Shown: piece by piece, positions 51,746-61,938 of the stretch
How the letters are laid out: every line of letters starts with the position of its first letter
Position numbering within the stretch: position 1 is the first letter of the stretch
From: an uncultured Gemmatimonadaceae bacterium
GTDB taxonomy: Bacteria > Gemmatimonadota > Gemmatimonadetes > Gemmatimonadales > Gemmatimonadaceae
DNA: 64,000 nucleotides
Direction of reading: 5' to 3'
Assembly: GCA_963716745.1 (NCBI GenBank)
Contig: OY970320.1
Span: forward strand, 2,240,001 to 2,304,000
Translations under genes and position numbers: made by a program
The notes under the pieces: generated by a model
Told to the model about the DNA's origin: nothing
The model's input: only the letters and a program-made list of their open reading frames with translations
The model's database searches: none

Positions 51746-54243
51746 ATGCGCCAACTGAAGCTGGCCCTTCGGACCCTCTTCAAGAGTCCGTTCGTCACCG
51801 CCGTCGCGATCCTCTCGCTCGCGCTGGGGATCGGAGCGAACGCCGCGATCTTCTCGCTCTTCGACCAGCTGCTGCTCCGGCCGCTTCCGGTTCGCGACCC
51901 GGGCGAGCTCGTGGACCTCCACGCGCCGGGCCCGAATCCCGGCTCGCAGTCGTGCGGCTTCGCCGGCGACTGCCACGATGTCTTCTCGTATCCGATGTTC
52001 CGCGACCTCGAGAAGGGGCAAGCCGTCCTCGCGGGGCTCGCCGCGCACCGCACGCTCAGCGTGAGCCTCTCATACGAGCAACAACCCGTGAGCGGAGCGG
52101 GGATGCTCGTGTCGGGCTCCTACTTCCCGACGCTCGGCGTCTCGGCCGGCGCTCGGACGCCTCATCGGCCCCGACGACGACCGCGACCATCGGCGCGCAA
52201 TTCGTGACCGTGCTCAACTACGGCTTCTGGCAGTCGCGCTTCGGCGGCGATCCATCCGTGATCGGCAAGCAGATCACGGTGAACGGGAATCAGTTCACGA
52301 TCATTGGCGTCGCACCGATTGGTTTCGAAGGCACCACGCTGGGCGTGCATCCGCTCGTGTTCTTGCCCATCACCATGCGCCACGTGGTGTCGCCCTGGTT
52401 CACCGCGTTCGACAACCGGCAGAATTACTCGATCTATCTCTTCGGCCGGATGAAACCGGGCGTTACCATCGCGCAGACGGCGGCGGGACTCAATCGCGTG
52501 TACCAACCGATCATCAAGGATGTCGAAGCGCCGCAGCAAGAGATGATGAGCCCGCAGACGCTGGAGAAGTTCAGAGCGAAGGAGATCGTCGTCACGCCCG
52601 GGCAGCGGGGTCAGAGCACGGTGCACAAGCAGGTGCGGACGCCAATGATGCTGCTTATCGCGATCACAGCCATCGTGCTGCTCATCGCCTGCGCGAACAT
52701 CGCGAACCTGCTGCTCGCGCGCGGCGCGAATCGCGCGATGGAGATGAGCGTGCGCCTCGCGCTCGGCGCGAGCCGGCGCCAGCTGCTCGGGCAGCTGCTC
52801 ACGGAGTCGATGCTACTGGCAATCCTGGGCGGACTCGCCAGCCTCATCGTCGCCCAGTGGACGCTGAGCGCTCTGGGCGCGCTCCTGCCGCCCGACGGGA
52901 TCAAGACGCTTTCCTTCCATCTCGATCCGTCGGTGCTCGCCTTCTCCGCCGCGCTGGCGGTCGCCACCGGATTCCTCTTCGGGATGTTCCCGGCGCTGCA
53001 CAGCACACGCGGCGATCTCATCACCGGCATTCGCGCCGGTGCCGGCCAGATCTCGGGCGCGCGCGCGGCGGCGCGCTTCCGCTCATCGCTCGTCACCGCT
53101 CAGATCGCGCTCTCGATGACGCTCCTCATCGCCGCCGGCCTCTTCATGAAGAGTCTCGCGAACGTCGGGCATACGGACCTCGGCATGCAGCTCGACAACG
53201 TGGTGATGCTCGGAGTCTCGCCACAGCGCGCCGGCTACGACAGCGCGCACATGCAGCAGTTCTACGGCCGAGCGGAGGAAGCGCTCGCCGCGATCCCCGG
53301 CGTCACGTCGGTCACATCGTCGCTCGTGGGGGTACTTGGCGGCGACAGCTGGGGAAATGACGTGACCGTGCAGGGTTTCCCGAGCGGACCCGACGTGGAC
53401 CAGAACTCGCGGTACAACGAAGTGGGACCCGGCTACTTCACGAAGCTCGGCGTGAAGTTCGCATCCGGCCGCGATTTCACCGAAGCCGATGTCGGAGGGA
53501 GCGCGAAGGTCGTAATCATCAACGAAGCTTTTGCGAAGAAGTTCAAGCTGGGCAAGGACGCTGTTGGCAAGTTCATCTCGCAGGGGCACCACGACTCGCT
53601 CGACACGCAGATCGTGGGCGTCATTCGCGACGCCAAGTACAACGGAGTGAAGGACACCGTCATCGCCGTGTACTACGTGCCATGGAAGCAGATGGCCGAC
53701 GCGACCTACATGTACTACTACGTGAGCAGTGCGCTTCCCGCATCGCAGCTGCTGCGGGACATCCCGGCGGCCATGAAGCGCTTCGACGCGAACGTGCCGG
53801 TGGAAGGTCTCAAAACGATGCCGCAACAGATCAAGGACAACGTCTTCCTTGACCGGATGATCAGCATTCTCTCCGCGGCGTTCGCGGTGCTCGCGACGCT
53901 GCTCGCCGGCATCGGCCTCTACGGTGTGCTCGCGTACACCGTGGCGCAGCGCACGCGTGAGATCGGCGTACGCATGGCGCTCGGCGCGGACTCGGCCCGC
54001 GTGCAAGTGATGGTGCTGCGGCAGGTGGGCGTCATGGTGTTCATCGGCGGAACGATCGGGCTAGTGGCCGCGTACGGGCTCGGCCGCGCCGCGGCGTCGC
54101 TGCTCTACGAGCTGAAGAGCTTCGACCCGGTGGTCTTCTCGCTCGCGGTGCTCACGCTCGGGCTCGTTGCGATCTGCGCCGGTTGGCTGCCGGCGCGCAA
54201 AGCGTCGAAGGTGGATCCGATCAAGGCGCTGAGATACGAGTAG
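51746..54243 (+). CDS. ADOP-family ABC permease 3; frameshift(s) near 52145-52185
   Basis: MRQLKLALRTLFKSP...DPIKALRYE. Confidence 0.93.
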
Positions 54244-54504
54244 CTACTCGTCCAGCGCTGTGACACTCACATCGGCGCGCCCTTCGAGATCGTACGTCAC
54301 GTGCACCGTCCAGGGCTGGCAGCACACCTGGCAGTCCTCGACGTACTCCTGCGCCTCCCCGCTGTCCGGATCGAGCGCGATCTCGTTCTCCTCGCCGCAA
54401 TACGGGCAGAGTACGGTCGCCTCCGTGTCGGCGAGCGGCTGGTCGTCGGATGACTCGTCGAGCGAGTTTTCGTCGTCCATCGTGAACACCTCGGTAGGAC
54501 CCAC
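54244..54504 (-). CDS. CPXCG motif cysteine-rich protein (start may be 54480)
   Basis: CPYCGE...YVEDCQVCCQPW. Confidence 0.9.
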   Translation of the reverse strand: MGPTEVFTMDDENSLDESSDDQPLADTEATVLCPYCGEENEIALDPDSGEAQEYVEDCQVCCQPWTVHVTYDLEGRADVSVTALDE

Positions 54505-54558
54505 AAGCTAGCCGAGCGCCGCTATGGACGGAGGGGCACATGCGTCACAGTTTGGTGC

Positions 54559-55329
54559 ATGTTCGCACCGGCTCTGCTCCTCTGGCTCTCCGTCTTCGCG
54601 TCGCGTCCGCTCCCCGGCAATGTAGTGGACATTGCCGAGGGTGATTACTACATCACCGCACCGGATTCGATCCCTGCTGGGCTCACCACCCTGCGCCTTC
54701 GCACCGTTTCCGACGGTCATGGTGCGTGGCTCGTTCGACTGCCGGCTGGGAAGACGCTCGCCGACTGGATCGCGGCGACCAAAGAGCACGACATCGCAAC
54801 ATGGGCGGAGCATCTCGCCGGCCCTGGTTTTCCTGGTGCGGGCCGGACCGCGAATGCGACCTACCTGTTGTCCCCGGGCAACTACCTGATCGTCTGCTTC
54901 GTGCGCGGGTCGGATGGCGTGGCCCACACGAAGAAAGGGATGTTCCATGCGGTTCTCGTGACGCCTTCCTCTGCTACCGTTTCGTTGCCGGCGCCCGAAT
55001 TGACGGTGACGCTCACTGAATACAAGTTCGCGTTTTCGAACCCGCTCACGACGGGTCCGCATCTCGTGCGCGTCGTCAACGCGGGCACGACCTGGCACGA
55101 ATTCCGCCTGAGTCGAGTTCTGCCCGGTCACACCATGGAGGAGGCGATCAAGTGGGACCCGTCGTCGGGCAAGCCGCGCCTCGATGAGGACTATGGCGGC
55201 CTCACAACGCTCCCGGCCGGCACGAGCGTGCTCACCACCCTCGATCTTCCGCCGGGCGAATACGTGATCTTCTGCGTGCCGGAGTTCGAGCATGGGATGT
55301 TCCTGCCGCTCACGATCGCGAGGCAATGA
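54559..55329 (+). CDS. Secreted protein with two cupredoxin-like repeats
   Basis: PGNYLIVCFV...HTKKGM and PGEYVIFCVPEFEHGM; upstream His motifs GHG and WHE. Confidence 0.7.
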   Translation: MFAPALLLWLSVFASRPLPGNVVDIAEGDYYITAPDSIPAGLTTLRLRTVSDGHGAWLVRLPAGKTLADWIAATKEHDIATWAEHLAGPGFPGAGRTANATYLLSPGNYLIVCFVRGSDGVAHTKKGMFHAVLVTPSSATVSLPAPELTVTLTEYKFAFSNPLTTGPHLVRVVNAGTTWHEFRLSRVLPGHTMEEAIKWDPSSGKPRLDEDYGGLTTLPAGTSVLTTLDLPPGEYVIFCVPEFEHGMFLPLTIARQ

Positions 55330-55715
55330 CCGCGCCGCGCGTGCGGCCGCTCACGCGCATCCGCAAGCTCGCGCTCGCGCTGCCCGAGGCGCACGAGGTG
55401 AAAGCTTGGGGCGAGCCGACCTTCCGCGTGAAGAACAAACTCTTCGCGATGTTCGCGAGCGCCGGCAATCATCACGGCGGCGGCCGGCCCGCCGCGTGGA
55501 TCAAGGCCGCGGCCGTGAACCAAGGATTCCTTATCGCGGCGTCGCCCAAACGATTCTTCAAGCCGCCCTACGTCGGCCCGAGCGGATGGGTGGGCGTTTG
55601 GCTCGACGGCAACGTCCCATGGCGTGAAGTGGACGGCTTACTCCGCGACGGCTACCGTATGACGGCGCCAAAGAAACTGCTCGCGCTGCTCGATCCTCCG
55701 GAGGACGATGAGTGA
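55326..55715 (+). CDS. MmcQ/YjbR family protein
   Basis: LALPEAHE..WGEPTFRVKNKLFA, FFKPPYVGPSGWVG. Confidence 0.9.
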   Translation: MTAPRVRPLTRIRKLALALPEAHEVKAWGEPTFRVKNKLFAMFASAGNHHGGGRPAAWIKAAAVNQGFLIAASPKRFFKPPYVGPSGWVGVWLDGNVPWREVDGLLRDGYRMTAPKKLLALLDPPEDDE

Positions 55716-57355
55716 AACGACCGCACCCGCGCTGACCGCCGCCGAGATCCGCCGCGTCATCTTCGCGTCATCGCTTGGCACGGTATTCGAGTGGTACGAT
55801 TTCTACCTCTACGGATCGCTCGCGGCGATCATCAGCCGCCAATTCTTCTCCGCGGTGAATCCCACCGCCGCGTTCATCTTCGCGCTGCTCGCCTTCGCCG
55901 CCGGATTCGCCGTGCGGCCGTTCGGCGCGCTCGTCTTCGGACGCGTCGGCGATCTCGTGGGCCGGAAGTACACCTTCCTGCTCACGATCATGATCATGGG
56001 ATCGGCCACGTTCATCGTGGGCGTCCTGCCGTCGTACGCGAAGATCGGCATCCTCGCGCCGGTCGCCCTCGTAGCGCTGCGACTGCTGCAGGGCCTCGCG
56101 CTGGGCGGCGAGTACGGCGGCGCGGCGACGTATGTTGCCGAATATGCGCCGGCGGGGAAGCGCGGCGCGTACACGTCGTGGATCCAGACCACGGCCACGC
56201 TCGGACTGTTCCTGTCGCTGCTCGTGATCCTCGGCTGTCGCATTGCGCTCGGCACCGAGGCGTTCGAGGCGTGGGGATGGCGCATCCCATTCCTCGTTTC
56301 GCTCATACTGCTGGGCATCTCCGTCTGGATAAGGCTCAAGCTGCACGAGAGTCCGTTGTTCGAGCGCATGAAAGCGCAGGGGAAGGGCAGCAAGGCGCCG
56401 CTCACCGATTCGTTCGCGCGCTGGGGGAATCTGCGCATCGTGCTGCATCGCGCTCTTCGGGCTCACCGCGGGGCAGGCGGTGGTGTGGTACACGGGGCAG
56501 TTCTATACCCTGTTCTTCCTCACGCAAACGCTGAAGGTGGACGCGCAGACCGCGAACATTCTCGTCGCACTCTCGCTGCTCCTGGGGACGCCGTTCTTCC
56601 TCGTATTCGGCGCGATGTCCGACCGGATCGGCCGGAAGCCGGTGATCATGGCGGGCTGCGCGCTCGCGGCGCTCACATATTTCCCGATCTTCAAGGCGAT
56701 CACGCACTACGCGAATCCGGCACTCGCCGAGGCGCAGGCCGTAGCGCCGGTGACCGTGCTCGCGGATCCGACGGGGTGTTCGGTGCAGTTCAATCCAGTG
56801 GGCACGTCGAAGTTCACATCGCCATGTGACGTGGCGAAGGCGGCCTTGGTTCGGCACGGCGTTCCGTACACGAATGAGACCGCCTCGAGCGGCGCGAGCA
56901 TTCACGTGGGCGAGACCGTGATCGACTCATACGATGCGAAGGCGCCCGACGCGAAGGATCGTGCCACGGCGTTCGAGAAATCCCTCGGCGACGCGCTCGG
57001 CGCCGCGAAGTATCCGGCGAAGGCGGACGGTGCATCGATGAACAAGCCGATGGTCGTGTTCCTGCTCTGGATCCTCGTGATCTACGTGACGCTGGTGTAC
57101 GGTCCGATCGCCGCGATGCTCGTGGAGATGTTCCCGACGCGTATTCGCTACACGTCCATGTCGCTGCCGTATCACATCGGGAACGGGTGGTTCGGCGGGT
57201 TCCTGCCGACCACCGCGTTCGCGATCGTCGCGGCCACGGGGAATATCTATTCGGGGTTGTGGTATCCCGTGGGCATCGCGACGCTCACGCTCGTGGTGGG
57301 GATGATCTTTGTGAAGGAGACGAAGGACGTGGACATCACAGCGGACGCGCGATAG
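55708..57355 (+). CDS. MFS transporter (MHS family); frameshift near 56447
   Basis: [40 protein letters not shown]. Confidence 0.95.
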
Positions 57356-57906
57356 TGGGCGACTCCATAACCACCGTCCAATTCTCCCTCGACCGCGGCG
57401 AGCGCCAACTCTGGGCTGGCGTGCCGCGGCAGGGCCTTACGCTCGGGCCGAACGATCTCGTCGTCGTCCCGTTCAGCTTGCTGTGGGGCGGATTCGCGAT
57501 CTTCTGGGAGTGGGGAGTGTTCCATTCCGGCGCGCCCTTCTTCTTTCGGCTCTGGGGGGTGCCGTTCGTCCTGCTGGGCCTTTACATGATCGTTGGGCGC
57601 TTCTTCTACGATTCGTATCGCCGAGCGCGCACGACGTACGCCGTCACGTCCGATCGCATCATCATCCAGAGCGGCGCCGGCTCCCTGAAGTCCATCCCGA
57701 TCCGCACGCTAGGCGAAGTCACGCTGAGAGAAAGCGCGGATGGATCCGGCACGATCGCATTCGGCCCACTGCCCACCGGAATGAAGCTCGCATTGCCACT
57801 CACGAGGCCCGGCACGGAGAGCATCCCAATGTTCGAGATGATCCCCAACGCGCGCGCGGTCTACGACATCATCCGCGACGCTCAGCGCGCGCCGGCCAGC
57901 GGCTGA
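57355..57906 (+). CDS. Membrane protein with bacterial PH-like domain
   Basis: GTG overlap start; [34 protein letters not shown]. Confidence 0.75.
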   Translation: MGDSITTVQFSLDRGERQLWAGVPRQGLTLGPNDLVVVPFSLLWGGFAIFWEWGVFHSGAPFFFRLWGVPFVLLGLYMIVGRFFYDSYRRARTTYAVTSDRIIIQSGAGSLKSIPIRTLGEVTLRESADGSGTIAFGPLPTGMKLALPLTRPGTESIPMFEMIPNARAVYDIIRDAQRAPASG

Positions 57907-57926
57907 TTCCTTAAGCGAGAGGCGCA

Positions 57927-58616
57927 ATGCGACAAGTAGAGCTGCATTACTCCCAACGCATCGGCTGGCTCCGCGCCGCGGTACTCGGCGCCGACGATGG
58001 CATCGTCTCCACGGCGAGTCTCATCCTCGGCGTCGCGGCCGCGGGCGCGCCGACCAGTGGCGTGCTCATCGCCGGCGTCGCCGGCCTCGCCGCGGGCTCG
58101 ATGTCCATGGCCGCCGGAGAGTACGTGTCCGTCAGCTCTCAGTCGGATACTGAGAATGCGGATCTCGCACGCGAGAAGAAGGAATTGAAGGAACACAATG
58201 CCGCCGAGCACCGGGAACTGGCGGAGATCTACGAGAAACGCGGCCTCGATCCCACACTCGCGAGACAAGTTGCGCAGCAGCTCATGGCGCACGATGCGCT
58301 CGGCGCGCACGCGCGCGATGAGCTCGGCATCACCGAGATCCATCGCGCGCGCCCTGTGCAAGCGGCGCTCGCCTCCGCGGCGTCGTTCGCCGTTGGCGCC
58401 GCGCTGCCTCTCGTCATGGTGCTCGTCGCGCCTCGCACGATGCTCACCGCACTCGTGGTCGCCGTCTCGCTGATCTGCCTCGGCAGCCTCGGCGCGATCG
58501 CCTCACGCGCCGGCGGGGCGAAGGCATGGGTCGGCGCGCTGCGGGTGACCTTCTGGGGCGCGCTCGCAATGGGGATCACCTATGGGGTGGGCGTGTTGTT
58601 CAAGGTGAACGTCTAG
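57927..58616 (+). CDS. VIT1/CCC1 family Fe/Mn transporter
   Basis: WLRAAVLGADDGIVS, SMAAGEYVSVSSQ, AHARDELG. Confidence 0.95.
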   Translation: MRQVELHYSQRIGWLRAAVLGADDGIVSTASLILGVAAAGAPTSGVLIAGVAGLAAGSMSMAAGEYVSVSSQSDTENADLAREKKELKEHNAAEHRELAEIYEKRGLDPTLARQVAQQLMAHDALGAHARDELGITEIHRARPVQAALASAASFAVGAALPLVMVLVAPRTMLTALVVAVSLICLGSLGAIASRAGGAKAWVGALRVTFWGALAMGITYGVGVLFKVNV

Positions 58617-58621
58617 CTGGC

Positions 58622-59083
58622 ATGGACCTACTTATCCGGCGTGCCATCGCCGAGGATTCCCTCGCGCTCACCGCGCTCGCGCGCCGCAGCAAGGCGGACT
58701 GGGGCTACCCGCCGGAGTGGCTCAAACTCTGGGAGCCCGATCTCACGATCAGCGCCGAATACATCAAGGAGAATCGTGTCTACGTCGCGACCGTGGACGG
58801 CAAGCTCGCCGGCATGATCGCGGTGGAGGATCGCACGTTGTCGTGGACGCTCGAGCATGTGTGGGTGGAACCCGGGCAGCAGGGGATGGGCGTCGGCACC
58901 GCGCTCGTGCGGCACGCGCTCGCCGAGATCCGCGCGGTGCGCCATGGTATGGTGCAGGTCGCGTCCGATCCGCACGCCACCGGATTCTATGTCGCACTCG
59001 GCGCCGTCGCGGCAGGGAACGCGCCGGCGCCAATGCCTAACGCGCCGGGCCGGACGTTGCCATTGTTCAAGTTCACCGTATGA
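58622..59083 (+). CDS. GNAT N-acetyltransferase
   Basis: SKADWGY, QGMGVGTAL, SDPHATGFY. Confidence 0.9.
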   Translation: MDLLIRRAIAEDSLALTALARRSKADWGYPPEWLKLWEPDLTISAEYIKENRVYVATVDGKLAGMIAVEDRTLSWTLEHVWVEPGQQGMGVGTALVRHALAEIRAVRHGMVQVASDPHATGFYVALGAVAAGNAPAPMPNAPGRTLPLFKFTV

Positions 59084-59104
59084 GCGACCCCGAGGGAGGA
59101 ACCC

Positions 59105-59497
59105 ATGGCGACAGCTGATCTCTCCGAAGCGACCGTCGGCCAACTGATGATCCCGGTGACGGACCTCGACGACGCCGTCGCATTCTATCGCGATGTGCTC
59201 GGCCTGAAATTCCTCTTCGCCGCGCCGCCGCAGATGAGCTTCTGGCAGACGGGCAACGTGCGCCTGCTCGTCGCCGTGCCCGAGGGCGGGGAGAAAGCGA
59301 ATCGCGGCTCGATGATCTATTTCAGAGTCGCGGACATCCACGCCGTGCATAAGACCCTCGCCGGCCGCGGCGTGAAATTCTTCACCGAGCCGCACCTCGT
59401 GCACCGTACGCCCACGAGCGAACTGTGGCTCACCGAGTTCCGCGATCCCGACGGCAATCAGCTCGCGCTCATGAGCGAAGTGGCGGTGAAGGCGTAG
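59105..59497 (+). CDS. VOC family protein
   Basis: VTDLDDAVAFYRDVLGL, FRDPDGN. Confidence 0.9.
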   Translation: MATADLSEATVGQLMIPVTDLDDAVAFYRDVLGLKFLFAAPPQMSFWQTGNVRLLVAVPEGGEKANRGSMIYFRVADIHAVHKTLAGRGVKFFTEPHLVHRTPTSELWLTEFRDPDGNQLALMSEVAVKA

Positions 59498-59498
59498 C

Positions 59499-59813
59499 AT
59501 GATCGAACGCAGCTGGCACGGCCGCGTGCCCGCCGCGAAGGGCGACGCGTATCACGCCTATCTCATGCGCAGCGGCGTGCCCGCGCTCGCCTCGACACGC
59601 GGCAATCTCGGCGTCGCGGTGCTGCGCCGCCTCGAAGGCGATGTCGAGCATTTCATCGTGTCGTCCCAATGGGATTCGCTCGAGTCGATCAAGCGCTTCG
59701 CCGGCGAAGACTACCTTCGCGCCCGCTACTTCCCCGAGGACGACGAATACCTCCTCGAGCGCGAACCCAACGTCACGCACTACGATCTCTTCCTCATCGC
59801 CCCCGCGCCGTAA
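59499..59813 (+). CDS. Antibiotic biosynthesis monooxygenase-like (Dabb) protein
   Basis: MIERSWHG, GNLG, WDSLESIKRFAG. Confidence 0.85.
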   Translation: MIERSWHGRVPAAKGDAYHAYLMRSGVPALASTRGNLGVAVLRRLEGDVEHFIVSSQWDSLESIKRFAGEDYLRARYFPEDDEYLLEREPNVTHYDLFLIAPAP

Positions 59814-59911
59814 CTAACCGGCCTCGCTCGCCCTTTCATTAGGATTGTCTTAGGTTGCGTGGCGCTGTCGAGCAGGTCTGCGCGCAGGTCGAACGAATCA
59901 GGGGGTGTAGT

Positions 59912-61529
59912 ATGGTACGAATTCTCCGTTCCACCGCGGCGGCTGCCGCCATGCTCGTCGCCGGCGTCATGCCGGCCATCGGGCAGGCCACGGCCAAGAA
60001 GCCCAACATCGTCGTCATCATGGCGGACGACATCGGCTGGTTCAACATCGGCGCCTACAATCGGGGGATCATGGCGGGCAAGACGCCCAACCTCGATCAG
60101 ATGGCCGCCGAAGGGATGCTCTTCACCGACTACTACGCCGAGGCCAGCTGCACGGCCGGACGCGCGAACTTCATCACCGGTGAACTGCCGATCCGCACGG
60201 GGCTCACGACGGTGGGCCAGGCCGGCTCGCTGATCGGGATCCCGGCCGAAGCGGTCACGATCGCGCAGGTGCTCAAGTCGATGGGCTACGCCACCGGCCA
60301 GTTCGGCAAGAACCACCTGGGGGATCACAACAATTTCCTCCCCTGCGTGCACGGCTTCGACGAGTTCTTCGGCTACCTCTATCACTTGGACGCGATGGAG
60401 GATCCCGACCACAAGAATTATCCGCAGAACCTTCGCGCCACGGTCGGCCCGCGGAACATGGTGTCGTGCGTGGGCGACCGCGAAGAACGACGCCACGGTG
60501 CAGCCGCGCTGGGGCGAGATCGGCATGCAAACGATCAAGGATGAGGGACCGCTGCCGCCGCTCCGTATGGAGACGGTGGACGACGAGATCCTCGCACGCG
60601 CGATCACGTTCCTCGACAAGTCGAAGAAGGACAAGAAGCCGTTCTTCCTTGTGGCTGAATCCCACGCGCATGCACGTGATGACGCATCTCGCGCCCGAAG
60701 TACAACAACATGCGAAATGCGGAGAACGGCTGGTCGATCCAGGAAGCCGGCATGTTCCAGCTCGACGAGATCGTCGGCAGCGTGATGAAGAAACTCAAGG
60801 ACATGGGCGTGGACGACAATACGATCGTCGTCTTCACCACGGACAACGGCGCCGAGAACTTCACCTGGCCCGACGGCGGCCAGACGCCGTTCGCCGGCGG
60901 CAAGGGCACGGTGCTCGAGGGCGGCTTCCGCGTGCCGGCGATCGCGCGCTTGCCCGGCAAGATCCGGCCGGACACAGTGCAGAACGGCATTTTCTCGGGA
61001 CTCGACTGGTTCCCGACGTTCATCGCGATGGCCGGCAACGACAAGATCTCCGATCAAGCTGAAAGCCGGCGTTCAGATCGGCGACATGAAGTACAAAGTG
61101 CATCTCGACGGCTACAATCAGACGGATGCTGCTCATGGGCAAGGGCCCGTCGGCGCGGCACGAGGTGTTCTATTTCGCCGAGGGCACGCTCGGCGCGCTC
61201 CGGCTCGATGACTACAAGTACCGCTTCATCGACCAGCCGCAGCGGCTGGCTCGGCGGCACGATCAAGCCCGATTGGCCCATTCTCGTGAACCTGCGTCTC
61301 GATCCCTTCGAGCGCACCGGATTGCCGAGCGGGGCGCAGGGCTCGCTCGCGTTCTACAATTGGTATGCATACGAGTTCTGGCGGTTCGTGTACGCGACCA
61401 ACGAGATCGGCGCGTACGCGCAGACGTTCCTGGAATACCCGCCGATGCAGAAGGGCGCGAGCTTCAACTCTCCGCGCTCAAGGCGGAACTCGAAGCGAAG
61501 ATGGCGGCGATGGCGAGGCAGGCGAGTAG
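59912..61529 (+). CDS. Arylsulfatase; several frameshifts, end approximate
   Basis: [19 protein letters not shown] (formylglycine motif), [28 protein letters not shown]. Confidence 0.92.
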
Positions 61530-61547
61530 GTATATTGATCAGCAGCG

Positions 61548-61581
61548 ACGGCCCCGCGCAGATCATTGCGCGGGGCCGTTT
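61548..61581 (+). terminator. Putative intrinsic terminator hairpin after the sulfatase
   Basis: ACGGCCCCGCGCA-gatcat-TGCGCGGGGCCGT with a short T tail. Confidence 0.6.
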
Positions 61582-61607
61582 CCATCTCATTACATTCATG
61601 GACGCCT

Positions 61608-61844
61608 ATGATCACACTGCGCGATAAGGACAACGGTCAGCTCATCGGCTCCGTGACCGACGAGGAATTCCAGGTGCTCGTGGACGCGCTCGAGGAGGAA
61701 TCGGAGGAAGACACCGATTATTACATCGAGGCCGGCACGATCGACATGCTGGAGGACGACGGCGCGCCGGAGAGTCTCGTGAAGCTGCTGCGGGATGCGC
61801 TGGGGACGAGGGATGGAGTGGAAATATCCTGGACGAGGGCGTGA
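61608..61844 (+). CDS. Small acidic conserved hypothetical protein
   Basis: MITLRDKD...[13 protein letters not shown]...VEISW. Confidence 0.8.
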   Translation: MITLRDKDNGQLIGSVTDEEFQVLVDALEEESEEDTDYYIEAGTIDMLEDDGAPESLVKLLRDALGTRDGVEISWTRA

Positions 61845-61886
61845 ATGGTCGATAGGCAGTCGTTGGTCATACGAGTTTAGAACTAC

Positions 61887-61913
61887 AACTAATCGCGCGG
61901 TGAAGATGTCCAA
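61887..61913 (+). promoter_or_regulatory. ECF-sigma-like promoter AAC-N17-TGTCCAA
   Basis: Same spacing as the motifs before ADOP 1 and 2. Confidence 0.45.
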
Positions 61914-61938
61914 CCGGGGTCGACCACCCGGGAGTGCC

